A stretch of 64,000 nucleotides of DNA, from contig DAIUDK010000004.1 of NCBI GenBank assembly GCA_036845725.1, forward strand, positions 519 to 64,518. Reading direction: 5' to 3'. The first letter of the stretch is position 1; every line of letters begins with the position of its first letter. The position numbers and the translations under genes are program-made. The stretch is from Chloroflexota bacterium (GTDB taxonomy: Bacteria > Chloroflexota > Anaerolineae > B4-G1 > SLSP01). Below the pieces are notes generated by a model. It was given only the letters and a program-made list of their open reading frames with translations, was not told where the DNA came from and searched no databases. This document shows positions 1 through 10,259 of the stretch, one piece after another.

Positions 1-2
1 AA

Positions 3-3000
3 TTCAACGAAACCCTGGCCAATCAGGGCAAAGCCTTTGTCTTCTATGGCAACGCTTCCGGCTTGAACTTTGCGCCGGATTGGTCCAACGCCGGCAGCCA
101 GACCGGCGCGCGCTTCGGGGCAGCCGTAAGTTGCGCCGGCGACGTGGACGGCGACGGCTACCACGACATCCTCATCGGCGCGCCCGGCTACGACGACAAC
201 ACCACCCCCGATACCGGCGCGGCCTTCATCTATCACGGCAGCGCCGGCGGTATTGGCGCCGTCCCCGGTTGGCAAGTGCTCGGCAACAGTGCAAATGCTA
301 AGCTGGGCGCGTCCGTCAGCCTGGCGGGAGACGTGAACGGCAACGGCTACGGCGACGTGATCGTCGGCGCGCCCGGAACGAATAGCAACACCGGCGCCGC
401 CTACGTCTACCTGGGCGCGAGCGCGGGTTTGACGACGACGGTAGGCTGGAGCGTCACCGGCGCCATCAGCAACACGCAACTCGGCGCGGACGTAGCCCTG
501 GCCGGCGATGTGGACGGCGACGGCTACGCCGACGTGCTCGTCGGCGCGCCCGGCTTCACTGACGGCGAGACCGGCGAGGGCGAAGCGCAGCTCTATTCCG
601 GGTCGGCGAGCGGCCTGAGCGCCGCCGCGACCTGGACGCACTCACCCAACCAGGCCGGCGCGCAGTTCGGCGCGGCGGTGGCCGGCGCCGGCGACGTGAA
701 CGGCGACGGCTTCGGCGACGTGCTCATCGGCGCGCCCGGCTACAGCCACCCCGAAACGAACGAAGGCGGCGCATTTGCTTTCTACGGTGGGGTCAAGGCC
801 CTCAGCCAAACTCCCAACTGGACCATACTGTCCGCCCGTGCCATGAACACTGCCGGCGACGTCAACGGCGATGGTTATTCGGACGTCATCGTCGGGGACC
901 CGCTGTATGACACGGCGTTCGCCGATGCGGGGCGAATTTTCATCTACCTCGGCTCGGCCAACGGCCTGGCGACAACGGCCATCACCACCCGTGACGGGGA
1001 GTCAATATACGCCCGGTTCGGATATGCCGTGAGCACTGCCGGCGACGTGGATGGCGACGGCGACGACGAGATTCTCGTTGGCGCGCCCTACCACACCAAC
1101 GAGGAAGGCGAAGAAGGCCGCGCGTATGTATACTTCGGCCACCCCAACGGTCTTGAAGAACATCCTCGCTGGTATGCCGAAGGCAATCAAGACAGCGCCT
1201 GGATGGGGCGCTCGGTAGCCTGCGCCGGTGACGTGAATGGCGATGGTTACAGTGACGTGCTCGTCGGCGCGCCCGGATACAATGATGGGCGCGCTTTCAT
1301 CTGGCTGGGCAACGTCCAAGTCAGAATCGGCACCGGCGCCGGCGATCCCAGCAATGCAAATTGGACCGCCCAACCCGACCTGGCCGGGGCTTCATTGGGC
1401 GGTGCAGTGGCCGGCGCCGGCGACGTCAACGGCGATGGCTACAGCGACGTGCTCGTCGGCGCGCCCGGATACAGTGATGGGCAAGTTGCAGAAGGCGCAG
1501 CCTTCCTGTACCTGGGCAGCAGCGGCGCGATGAGCACGGCGCCTGTCTGGCAACAGGTTGAAATCAACCAGGTCAACGCATTTTATGGCAACGCGGTCAG
1601 CTCCGCCGGCGACGTCAACGGCGACGGGTTCAGCGATTTCCTCGTCGGCGCAGAATGGTTCAACAACGGGCAAACCCAGGAAGGCGCCGTTTTTGTCTAC
1701 CACGGAAGCGCTACAACGATCAATACCACGCCGGAGCGCATCCTTGAAATGAACGACCCCAGTGCACACTTTGGCACTGCGGCCAGTACTGCCGGCGACT
1801 TGAACGGCGACGGCTACGCCGATGTGGTGGTCGGCGCGCCGGATTACAGTGAGGAACTCGTCGATTGCGGCGCGGCGTTCGTCTACTATGGATCAAGCGC
1901 CGGCCTGGGCGCAACCCCCGATTGGAGTGTCCGCGGGCCAGACTCCAATTACGGACTCGGCCAAGTCGTCGGCGCGGCGGGCGACGTCAACGGCGACGGC
2001 CTCAACGACCTCATTGTCGGCAACGGCAACAGAGCTAACGTCTATTATGGCAACAACGGCAGCATGAGCCTGCGCCCACGGCAACTGCAACCCACCGGCG
2101 CCGCCTATCTAACGCCGCTGGGACGGACGAACGCGCCCGGCTCGGTGTTGCTAAACCTGAATGGCCAGACGCCGCTAGGCCACGAGCGCCTCAAGCTCGA
2201 ATGGCAAGTTACCCCGTTGGGGCAGCCCTTTGGCGGGCCGGGAACGACGAGCGGCGCTTCTGACGCCTGGACCGCGTCCGGCGCAACGTTCGCCCAGACC
2301 ATCACCGGCCTGGCGTCGAGCACGGCCTATCATTGGCGCGTGCGCCTGCGCTACCGGGCTGGCAACCCCCTGAACAGACCCACAAGCCGCTGGATCCACA
2401 TGCCCTGGAGCGGCTGGCTGGAAACCGACTTCCAGACCGCGCCCGGCGCGCTCTCCGTATCGGCGACCAACGACAGCCCGACGGCGCTCGGCAGCGCGAC
2501 CACGCTCACGGCGACCGCCAATGCCACCTACGTCACCTACGCCTGGGATTTCGGCGACAGCGCGACCGGCAGCGGCAAAGTCGTCACCCACACCTACGCC
2601 ACCGCCGGGACGTACACCGCTACCGTCACCGCCGGCAACGGCGTGAGCACCGCCGTCGCCTCCACCTACGTCTTCGTGGGCGACGAGCCGATTGCCGGGC
2701 TGGCGCTGGCGAACGACAGCCCCACCGCCGCCGGGCAGGCCACGCACTTCACGGCGACGGTGACGGCGGGCGGCGGGATCACCTACACCTGGGACTTCGA
2801 CGACGGCAGCCCGCTATTCGTCAGTGACGCGGACAATACCGTGGAACACGTTTACACCACGCCGGGGAACTACGTGGCGACGGTCACGGCGCGCAACCTC
2901 TTCGGGGCGGTCAGCGCCACGTCGCCGGTCGTCATCACCGACGCGCCGGTGAGCGGATTGAGCGCGGCGAACGACAGCCCGACGACATTGGGCCAGCCGA

Positions 3001-4478
3001 CGGCGTTCACAGCCACGATCACAGGCGGCGGCAACGTCAGCTACGCCTGGGCCTTCGGCGACGGGACGAGCGGCAGCGGGGCCAACGCCACGCACACCTA
3101 CGGCGCGGTGGGGACGTACACGGCCATCGTCACCGCCAGCAACGGCGTGAACAGCCTGACGGCGACCACGCCTGTGGCCATCACCGATGTGCCGGCCACA
3201 GGGTTGAGCGCAACGAACGACAGCCCCACGGCGTTGGGCCAGCCGACGGCGTTCGCGGCGACGGTGACGGGGGGCAGCAACGTCAGCTACGCCTGGGATT
3301 TCGGCGACAGCCAGACAGGCAGCGGAGCCAATCCCACGCACACCTACGCGGCGGGGGGCGTCTACCTGGCGACCGTCACCGCGAGTAACGGGACGAACGC
3401 GCTGCAGGCGACGACGTGCGTCACGGTGGAGACGCCGATCAGCGGGTTACAGGCCGCCAACGACAGTCCTGTGCCTGTCGGACAGCCGGTGGACTTCGCC
3501 GCGACTGTCGCCGGCGGCGACAATGTCGCCTACACCTGGTCATTCGGCGATGGTGCAACGGGCAGCGGGGCAAACCTTTCGCACGCCTACGCGGAAATGG
3601 GCGTCTACACGGCCATCGTCACGGCGACGAACCAGGTCAGCCAGTTGAGCGCGAGCACGCGCGTCACGATCACGGAAGTGCCGCTGGCAGGACTGGCGGC
3701 GGTCAACGACAGCCCCACGCCGCTGGACGACGCCACGACCTTCACGGCGACGGTCGCGGCGGGCAGCGGCGCGGTCTACACCTGGGCCTTCGGCGATGGG
3801 GCGACCGGCAGTGGGGCGGTGGTGCAGCACGTCTACCCGGCGGTGGGCGACTACACGGCGACGGTCACGGCGACCAACAGCGTCAACAGCCTGACGGTCA
3901 GCACTCAGGTGACCATCACCGGCGGGACGCCGGTGTCCGGCGTGCTGGCCTTCAACGACGGGCCGACGGCGCTGGGCAGCGCCACGACGCTCAGCGCGAC
4001 GGTGGAGAGCGGCAGCGGGGTGACGTACACGTGGGCCTTTGGGGATGGCGACTTCTTCATCCCGCAGAACTGGCCCGACAGCGGCAAAGTCGTCACGCAC
4101 ACGTATCCCGCCGTGGGGACGTACACCGCGACGGTGACGGCGACGAATCGTGCCGGGCAGACCAGCGCGACGACCGCCGTGCTCGTCGTGGATGCACCTA
4201 TCGCCGGATTGGCCGCGCACAACGACAGTCCCACCGGCCTGGGCGCGGCCACGACGTTGAGCGCAGCGGTGACGGCGGGCAGTAATATCAGTTTCGCCTG
4301 GGACTTAGGCGACGGGCAGAGCGCCAGCGGCGCGACGGTGACGCACACGTATTTGGACGTGGGCGTTTACACCGCCACCGTCACGGCGACGAATTCGATC
4401 AATTTTGCCACCGCGACCACTACCGTGACCATCGTGCCGGTGCAACATATCTTCCTGCCTTTGGTGATGCGGCAGTAA
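3..4478 (+). CDS. Large surface protein: FG-GAP (integrin-alpha beta-propeller) repeats, FN3-like domain, 8 PKD domains, C-terminal IFLPLVMRQ tail; 5'-truncated by the window edge
   Basis: Frame is open from base 3 (FNETLANQGKAFVFYG...), so the track start at 63 is not the real start. More than 10 AGDV(N/D)GDG(Y/F)xDxxxGAP repeats, then repeated NDSPTxLG...WxFGDG..GSG....HTY...GxYTAxVTAxN units. Confidence 0.9.
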   Translation, partial: FNETLANQGKAFVFYGNASGLNFAPDWSNAGSQTGARFGAAVSCAGDVDGDGYHDILIGAPGYDDNTTPDTGAAFIYHGSAGGIGAVPGWQVLGNSANAKLGASVSLAGDVNGNGYGDVIVGAPGTNSNTGAAYVYLGASAGLTTTVGWSVTGAISNTQLGADVALAGDVDGDGYADVLVGAPGFTDGETGEGEAQLYSGSASGLSAAATWTHSPNQAGAQFGAAVAGAGDVNGDGFGDVLIGAPGYSHPETNEGGAFAFYGGVKALSQTPNWTILSARAMNTAGDVNGDGYSDVIVGDPLYDTAFADAGRIFIYLGSANGLATTAITTRDGESIYARFGYAVSTAGDVDGDGDDEILVGAPYHTNEEGEEGRAYVYFGHPNGLEEHPRWYAEGNQDSAWMGRSVACAGDVNGDGYSDVLVGAPGYNDGRAFIWLGNVQVRIGTGAGDPSNANWTAQPDLAGASLGGAVAGAGDVNGDGYSDVLVGAPGYSDGQVAEGAAFLYLGSSGAMSTAPVWQQVEINQVNAFYGNAVSSAGDVNGDGFSDFLVGAEWFNNGQTQEGAVFVYHGSATTINTTPERILEMNDPSAHFGTAASTAGDLNGDGYADVVVGAPDYSEELVDCGAAFVYYGSSAGLGATPDWSVRGPDSNYGLGQVVGAAGDVNGDGLNDLIVGNGNRANVYYGNNGSMSLRPRQLQPTGAAYLTPLGRTNAPGSVLLNLNGQTPLGHERLKLEWQVTPLGQPFGGPGTTSGASDAWTASGATFAQTITGLASSTAYHWRVRLRYRAGNPLNRPTSRWIHMPWSGWLETDFQTAPGALSVSATNDSPTALGSATTLTATANATYVTYAWDFGDSATGSGKVVTHTYATAGTYTATVTAGNGVSTAVASTYVFVGDEPIAGLALANDSPTAAGQATHFTATVTAGGGITYTWDFDDGSPLFVSDADNTVEHVYTTPGNYVATVTARNLFGAVSATSPVVITDAPVSGLSAANDSPTTLGQPTAFTATITGGGNVSYAWAFGDGTSGSGANATHTYGAVGTYTAIVTASNGVNSLTATTPVAITDVPATGLSATNDSPTALGQPTAFAATVTGGSNVSYAWDFGDSQTGSGANPTHTYAAGGVYLATVTASNGTNALQATTCVTVETPISGLQAANDSPVPVGQPVDFAATVAGGDNVAYTWSFGDGATGSGANLSHAYAEMGVYTAIVTATNQVSQLSASTRVTITEVPLAGLAAVNDSPTPLDDATTFTATVAAGSGAVYTWAFGDGATGSGAVVQHVYPAVGDYTATVTATNSVNSLTVSTQVTITGGTPVSGVLAFNDGPTALGSATTLSATVESGSGVTYTWAFGDGDFFIPQNWPDSGKVVTHTYPAVGTYTATVTATNRAGQTSATTAVLVVDAPIAGLAAHNDSPTGLGAATTLSAAVTAGSNISFAWDLGDGQSASGATVTHTYLDVGVYTATVTATNSINFATATTTVTIVPVQHIFLPLVMRQ
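2455..4440 (+). repeat. Eight tandem PKD-domain repeats of about 80 aa (about 245 bp)
   Basis: Units start near 2460, 2690, 2940, 3185, 3430, 3675, 3930 and 4190, each with ND(S/G)P and W(A/D/S)(F/L)(G/D)D motifs. Confidence 0.85.
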
Positions 4479-4526
4479 GATAATGCTATTCACATATCAT
4501 TCGCGAATAAAATAGGAGGTAAGTCA

Positions 4527-7202
4527 ATGAAAACTCGACGTTTGTTATTCACAGTGACTCTGGCATTGGGGCTGACCCTGGCTTTGTTGTGGGCGTTGGG
4601 CGGGAACTCGCCTTACGTTCGCGCGGCCACTTTCCAGGTGACCAATACCGCATCCAGCGGTCCCGGCAGCTTGCGTCAAGCGATGCTGGACGCCGGCAGC
4701 AATCCAGGCGCAGATACCATCACCTTCGTCTCTGGCCTGGGAGGGACCATCGTTCTGACGGCCCCTCTACCGACCATTTCCGAGCTATTGACCATCAACG
4801 GGCCGGGGACGCAGTTGGCGGTGAGCGGAAACGATACCTACCGGATATTTAACATCCAGGGCAACCCGATTGTCATCATTACCGCGATAACCTTGCGCGA
4901 TGGCAGCGCCGATAATGGCGGCGGTATTTGGAGTTCCGGACGGTTGCATCTCCGTGGTGTGCAACTTATGGATAACACGGCTTCCGGGATGGGGGGCGGG
5001 CTGTATATCGCCGGGGGAACCGCGACGTTGAGCGGGACGCACGTGCTCAACAACGCAGCGCCTATCGGCGGCGGTCTATACATTTCTCACAGCACCTCAA
5101 CGAAGTTGAACAACGGGACGCAGGTGCTCAGCAACACGGCTTCCCAACATGGCGGTGGGGTGTACATCGCCAGTGCGGATGTGACGCTGGAAATGACCGG
5201 CGGGGCGATCAGCAACAACACAGCCAGTCTCAACGGCGGCGGTCTCTATGTCCAGCTAGGCAGTGCGACGCTTGACGGGACGCAAGTGACCAATAACCGG
5301 GTCTCTGAATCCGGTGGTGGAATCTATGTCGATGAGGACGGTGCGATGCTGGAGGTCAAAAATGGAGCGGTCAACGGCAATAGAGCCTCCGAAGGCGGCG
5401 GGATATACGTCTACGCCGGCACTGCGATACTGCGCTCGGCACAGGTTAACCTCAATTACGCAGGCTTTGAGGAAGCCGGAGCCGGAGGCGGACTGCTTAT
5501 ATGGAATGGCGCTGCATTTTTGCACGAGACACAGGTGGCTACCAACTCAACTGTCATGCTGGGTGGTGGGGTATATGTTGGTAATGAGGGCGCGACGCTA
5601 GATATGGTTGGTGGGGAAATCCGCAACAATTCGACCGAAGACGGCGGCGGTCTGTACATTTATAGCGGCGCTGCGACGCTGACCGGGACGCAGATGCTCT
5701 CGAACCGGGCTTATTCTGTCGGCGGGGCGGTATATGTCGACCGAGCCAATGCCACGCTAACGATAAGCGCCGGGGAGATCAACGACAACGAGTCCGACTA
5801 CGGCGGCGGGGTATACGTCAACTATGGTCGTGCGACGTTGAACGAGACGCACGTGCTCAGCAATACCGTGGACCAAACGGGTGGTGGGATGTACGTTGAC
5901 TATGGCAGTGTGACCCTGAACGAGACGCAGGTACGCGATAACCATGCTGATGTGGGCGGCGGGTTGTGTCTCGACTCTGGCAGCGCGACGTTGAATATAA
6001 CCGGCGGAGCGATCAACACTAACCACGCATTGTGGTATGGCGGTGGGTTGTACATTAGACAGGGCGACGCGACGTTGAACGGGACGCAGTTGCTCGACAA
6101 CGTCGTTTATGGCGTCGATGATTTCGCACCCGGCGGCGGGATTTATATCAGCGGGGGCGGCGCCACATTGGGCGATACGCAGATCGTCGCCAATGGGACG
6201 GATGAGGGCAGTGCGATCTATCAAGCCGGTGGTACGATCACCCCCACGACCCCGTTGACGATCACAGGTAATATCTATCTGTACGACGGGCTTTTTGCCG
6301 GCTCCAGTCACGACCTGCGGATCGAAGGCGCGCTGGCGTTGGCAGGTGGCAATTTCTACGCGCCATATGAACCCAATGTCTTCGTACTTACCGGCGCTTA
6401 TGTCCACACCGGCGGCACCTATCACCAGACCAAAGATGTCAACGGCAGTAGTGACGTCAGTTTTCCCAAGGAAGGCGGGTTGATCATCAATGCCAATGCT
6501 CAAGACTTGGGTAGTACCCATGTGGCGGACACGGCGAATGTGACTTGTGCCGGTATCACTCCTGGCAATGCTGTGAAACACTGCTATCTTATCACGCCCA
6601 CGATCAGCACCGGGCGGGATGCCACGATCACCTTTTACTATCGGAGCGATGAGATCCCTGCGGGGCAGAGTTGCGCCGCGATGGAAGCCTATCGTTGGAC
6701 CGGCGCGTGGAACGCGATGCTGACGCGGGACACAAGCTACGGCACCGACGGACGGATGTGCGGCAGCAATCCTTACTCGATTCGCGTGGTCGACGTGGAT
6801 GCTTTCTCGCCTTTTGTCATTCACGAGCCGAAGCCGGCAGACATCTCGGTTGTGCCTACCACCACCCTCGATTTTGGTGATCAGGTTGTGGATGCCGGGC
6901 CGACCGCACCGCAGACGGTGCTGATCACCAATGAAGGTGACTTCGATCTGCACATCACCTCCGTTACACTCTCCGGCGCCAGTGGTGAATTCAACCTGGT
7001 CGATAGCGGCGAGACTACCTTGCCCTTCGGCAGCACGCGCACAATTCAGATCACCTTTGATCCGACCAGTGTCGGCACAAAGGTCGCCCTCCTCAGAATC
7101 GAGTCGGATGATAGCGACGAACCAACTGTCGAGGTAGGGCTGAGTGGGCGAGGGATCATCGGGTATAAGGTCTTCCTGCCGCTGGTGCTCAGAGGTTCGT
7201 AG
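4527..7202 (+). CDS. Secreted right-handed beta-helix (Pmp/adhesin-like GGG repeat) protein with C-terminal Ig-like (choice-of-anchor D/ASH-type) domain and VFLPLVLRGS tail
   Basis: RBS AGGAGG upstream; signal peptide MKTRRLLFTVTLALGLTLALLWAL; many N(T/R)A..GGG(L/I/V)Y(V/I) repeats; final domain with ITNEGDFDLHITSVTLSG...FDPTSVG...IESDD. Confidence 0.85.
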   Translation: MKTRRLLFTVTLALGLTLALLWALGGNSPYVRAATFQVTNTASSGPGSLRQAMLDAGSNPGADTITFVSGLGGTIVLTAPLPTISELLTINGPGTQLAVSGNDTYRIFNIQGNPIVIITAITLRDGSADNGGGIWSSGRLHLRGVQLMDNTASGMGGGLYIAGGTATLSGTHVLNNAAPIGGGLYISHSTSTKLNNGTQVLSNTASQHGGGVYIASADVTLEMTGGAISNNTASLNGGGLYVQLGSATLDGTQVTNNRVSESGGGIYVDEDGAMLEVKNGAVNGNRASEGGGIYVYAGTAILRSAQVNLNYAGFEEAGAGGGLLIWNGAAFLHETQVATNSTVMLGGGVYVGNEGATLDMVGGEIRNNSTEDGGGLYIYSGAATLTGTQMLSNRAYSVGGAVYVDRANATLTISAGEINDNESDYGGGVYVNYGRATLNETHVLSNTVDQTGGGMYVDYGSVTLNETQVRDNHADVGGGLCLDSGSATLNITGGAINTNHALWYGGGLYIRQGDATLNGTQLLDNVVYGVDDFAPGGGIYISGGGATLGDTQIVANGTDEGSAIYQAGGTITPTTPLTITGNIYLYDGLFAGSSHDLRIEGALALAGGNFYAPYEPNVFVLTGAYVHTGGTYHQTKDVNGSSDVSFPKEGGLIINANAQDLGSTHVADTANVTCAGITPGNAVKHCYLITPTISTGRDATITFYYRSDEIPAGQSCAAMEAYRWTGAWNAMLTRDTSYGTDGRMCGSNPYSIRVVDVDAFSPFVIHEPKPADISVVPTTTLDFGDQVVDAGPTAPQTVLITNEGDFDLHITSVTLSGASGEFNLVDSGETTLPFGSTRTIQITFDPTSVGTKVALLRIESDDSDEPTVEVGLSGRGIIGYKVFLPLVLRGS

Positions 7203-7264
7203 GCCAAGCGGGCTCCGCTAGACCGCCGGTCAGTGAGGCGAGCCTGGAGGCGCATTGAAGACTA

Positions 7265-7501
7265 ACGGGGCGACCGGCAGTGGGGTAAACATCTCCACGC
7301 CTACGCGGAACAAGGCTTCTACACCGCCATCGTCACGGCGACCAACCGGGTCAGCACGCTCGCCACCACGCGCGTCACGATCACGGAAGTGCCGCTAGCG
7401 AGCCTGAGCGCGGTCAATGACAGCCCTACATCGCTTGGTGATGCGGCAGTAAGATAATGCTATTTACATATCATTCGCAAATAAAATAGGAGACAAAGTA
7501 A
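7265..7501 (+). pseudogene. PKD-gene relic fused to a copy of the 4461-4526 gene end and intergenic region
   Basis: About 7296-7453 reads HAYAEQGFYTAIVTATNRVSTLATTRVTITEVPLASLSAVNDSPTSLGDAAVR*, matching the PKD5/6 junction of the upstream gene (HAYAEMGVYTAIVTATNQVSQLSASTRVTITEVPLAGLAAVNDSPT). From 7435, ttggtgatgcggcagtaagataatgctatt is identical to 4461-4490. Confidence 0.85.
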
Positions 7502-10108
7502 ATGAAAACTCGACGTTTGTTATTCACAGTGACCCTGGCATTGGGGTTGACCCTGGCTTTGTTGTGGGCGTTGGGCGGGAATTCGCCTTACGTTCGCGCG
7601 GCCACTTATCAGGTGACCAACACTAACGCCAGCGGAGCCGGCAGTTTACTCCAGGCAATCCTGGATGCCAACAGCAGTCCGGGCCACGACACGATCACCT
7701 TTGGCTCTGGCATCAGTGGGATGATTGTTCTGACCGACTCCTTGCCTGCCATTATCAGTGATTTGACCATCAGCGGGTTAGGCGCGGAGCAGTTGGCTGT
7801 GAGCGGAGATGATAGTTACCGTGTGTTCTATATCGACAGCGGCGTTGCTGTGACGATCACCGGGCTAACCGTGCGCGACGGCAACCCGCCTCATGATTCT
7901 GGCGTCAGCACATCTGGGGGTGGCATCTGGAGCGCCGGCACGCTGTATCTTGAAAGCGTGCGGCTCGTGAACAACACCACCAGCGGTGACTTCGGCAAAG
8001 GCGGTGGGTTATATGTCCACGAAGGTAGTGCAATGTTGATCGGGACGCAGGTACTCGACAATGAGACCAGCTATTGTGGTGGTGGAATATATGTCGAGGC
8101 AGGTCACGCAACACTGAACGGGTCGCAGGTGTTTAACAATAAAGCTGCCCTGGGCGGTGGGGTATTTATCGAGAGAAGCGCGACGCTGAATGAGACGCAG
8201 GTATACAGCAACGTGTCCTCTTATGACGGCGGCGGGGTGTATGTTGACTATGGTGTTGTAACGTTAGACGAGACGCGGATATTCAGCAACACGGCTTCCC
8301 AAGATGGCGGCGGGGTGTTTGTGGCTGTTGACGACGCCGTGCTGGCTATGAGCGGTGGGAAAATCAACGACAACGTCGCGGACGCTCACGGCGGCGGGAT
8401 ATATATCTCCGAAGGTACTGCGATTCTGACCGAGACGCAGGTCGTCAACAACATAGCGCGCGCCGATACGGAGGGCGGAGGCGGCGGGGTATACGTCGAT
8501 CAACCGAGTGCGACGCTGGAAGTGCTCCGCGGCGAAATCAACGACAACACGGCCCTCTACGGCGGCGGTGTGTATATCTTTGAAGGTAGCGTGACACTGA
8601 CCTTTGCGCGGGTGCTCAGGAACACGGCTCCCGATAATAATGGCGGTGGGGTGTATATTGACCAAGCCACCGCACGATTACACGCAGGCGGAAGTCGTAT
8701 CGACGATAACATGGCCGGCTACGCCGGTGGGGGGGTGTGTATCAACGAGGGCAGTGCAATAATCGTCGGGACAAATATGGAACGCAACACGGCTTCCGGT
8801 TCAGGCGGTGGAATAAGCGTCTGGGGGGAAGGCAGTGTCCAGTTGCACGATGCAGAGGTTATCAGCAACACGGCTTCCGATGTAGGCGGTGGAGTGGAAA
8901 TCCGCTTGGGCAGTGCGACTTTGAACAACACGCAGGTGCTCCACAACACGGCTGACGGAGGCGGGGGAGTGTACCTTAGGGATACTGCAATGCTCAGCGT
9001 GAACAGGGGTGAGATCAGCCACAATACAGCCGGTTACGGCGGCGGAGTGTACTCGATAGGCCATCTGACGTTGAATGAGACGTACATCGCGCAGAACACT
9101 GCGTCTACCGGCAGCGCGATCCTCCAGGGCGGCGGCACAATTACTCCTACGACCGCGTTGACGGTTACAGGAAACGTCTACCAGGCCGGCGGGCTTTTTG
9201 CCGGCTCCAATCACGACCTGTGGATCGAAGGTGCATTGACGTTGGCGGGTGGCAATTTCTACGCGCCGTCCGAGCCCAATGTGTTCGAACTCACCGGCGC
9301 TTATGCCCACACCGGCGGCACCTATCACCAGACCAAATCTGTCAACGGCAGTAGCGACGTCAGTTTCCCCAAGGAGGGCGGGCTGATCCTCAATGCCAAT
9401 GGGCAGAATCTCGGCAGCACCCAGGTTGTGGATACGGCGAACGGTGTTTGCGCGGGCGTGACCCCCGGCGATGCCGTGCAGCATTGTTATCTCATCACCC
9501 CTACCCTTAGCACCGGACTGGACGCTACGATCACCTTCTACTATCGGAATGGCGAGATTCCCTCGGGCCAGAGCTGCACCTCGATGGAAGCTTACCGTTG
9601 GACCGGGGCGTGGGACACGATGCTGACGCGGGACTCGACTTATGGCACCGAAGGACGGATGTGCGGCGGCGATCCCTACTCGATTCGCGTGGTCGACGTG
9701 AATGCTTTTTCACCCTTTGCCATTCACGCGCCGAAGCTGGCAGATATCTCGGCAGAGCCTTCTGCCATTGACTTTGGCGAGTGGATTGTGGAGTTCGGAC
9801 CGACCGCATCACAGACGGTCACAATCACCAACGTTGGTGACTTTGACCTGCACATCAGCGGCGTTTCACTTTCCGGCGACGATGCCAACCAGTTCAGTCT
9901 GGTCGCCGATAGTGGCGAGAACACCTTGACGCCCGGCAGTATACGAACAGTTAAGGTTGCCTTCGATCCCACCAGCCTCGGGGCCAAGGTCGCGCGTCTC
10001 ACCATCGAATCCGATGACGGCGATGTAGAACCTGCTGAGGTAGGCTTGAGCGGGCGGGGGATCAGCGGGTATAAGATCTTCTTGCCGTTGGTGCTCAGAG
10101 GATTATAG
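7502..10108 (+). CDS. Second secreted beta-helix repeat protein, tandem paralog of 4527-7202, with IFLPLVLRGL tail
   Basis: First 35 aa identical to the paralog; same GGG repeats; closely similar C-terminal third (HDLxIEGAL...SFPKEGGLI...GRMCG...PYSIRVVDV). Confidence 0.85.
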   Translation: MKTRRLLFTVTLALGLTLALLWALGGNSPYVRAATYQVTNTNASGAGSLLQAILDANSSPGHDTITFGSGISGMIVLTDSLPAIISDLTISGLGAEQLAVSGDDSYRVFYIDSGVAVTITGLTVRDGNPPHDSGVSTSGGGIWSAGTLYLESVRLVNNTTSGDFGKGGGLYVHEGSAMLIGTQVLDNETSYCGGGIYVEAGHATLNGSQVFNNKAALGGGVFIERSATLNETQVYSNVSSYDGGGVYVDYGVVTLDETRIFSNTASQDGGGVFVAVDDAVLAMSGGKINDNVADAHGGGIYISEGTAILTETQVVNNIARADTEGGGGGVYVDQPSATLEVLRGEINDNTALYGGGVYIFEGSVTLTFARVLRNTAPDNNGGGVYIDQATARLHAGGSRIDDNMAGYAGGGVCINEGSAIIVGTNMERNTASGSGGGISVWGEGSVQLHDAEVISNTASDVGGGVEIRLGSATLNNTQVLHNTADGGGGVYLRDTAMLSVNRGEISHNTAGYGGGVYSIGHLTLNETYIAQNTASTGSAILQGGGTITPTTALTVTGNVYQAGGLFAGSNHDLWIEGALTLAGGNFYAPSEPNVFELTGAYAHTGGTYHQTKSVNGSSDVSFPKEGGLILNANGQNLGSTQVVDTANGVCAGVTPGDAVQHCYLITPTLSTGLDATITFYYRNGEIPSGQSCTSMEAYRWTGAWDTMLTRDSTYGTEGRMCGGDPYSIRVVDVNAFSPFAIHAPKLADISAEPSAIDFGEWIVEFGPTASQTVTITNVGDFDLHISGVSLSGDDANQFSLVADSGENTLTPGSIRTVKVAFDPTSLGAKVARLTIESDDGDVEPAEVGLSGRGISGYKIFLPLVLRGL

Positions 10109-10176
10109 TCGCGTTATTGGAAAGGCTGTGGTGAGCCACCAGCAAGCCAGGTGAGTTTGCGGGCGCACTGAAAACA

Positions 10177-10212
10177 AAAAGAGGGCTGTCGGACAGGCGA
10201 CGGCCCTCTTTT
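10177..10212. terminator. Bidirectional intrinsic terminator
   Basis: aaaagagggctgtcg-gacagg-cgacggccctctttt hairpin between convergent genes, with A and T tracts on either side. Confidence 0.75.
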
Positions 10213-10259
10213 CTGCATGCCGATGATCTGCGTGACTCAGAATTGACCAGGCCTTCGCT

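Noticed and set aside
5757-6953. 398-aa minus-strand ORF and similar long antisense or off-frame ORFs (11551-12819, 20300-21430, 22118-23086, 34948-36138)
   Set aside because: Each overlaps a well-supported gene on the other strand and lacks family motifs.
4527-10108. Diversity-generating retroelement (template/variable repeat pair)
   Set aside because: No reverse transcriptase in the window, and differences between the paralogs do not appear confined to adenines.
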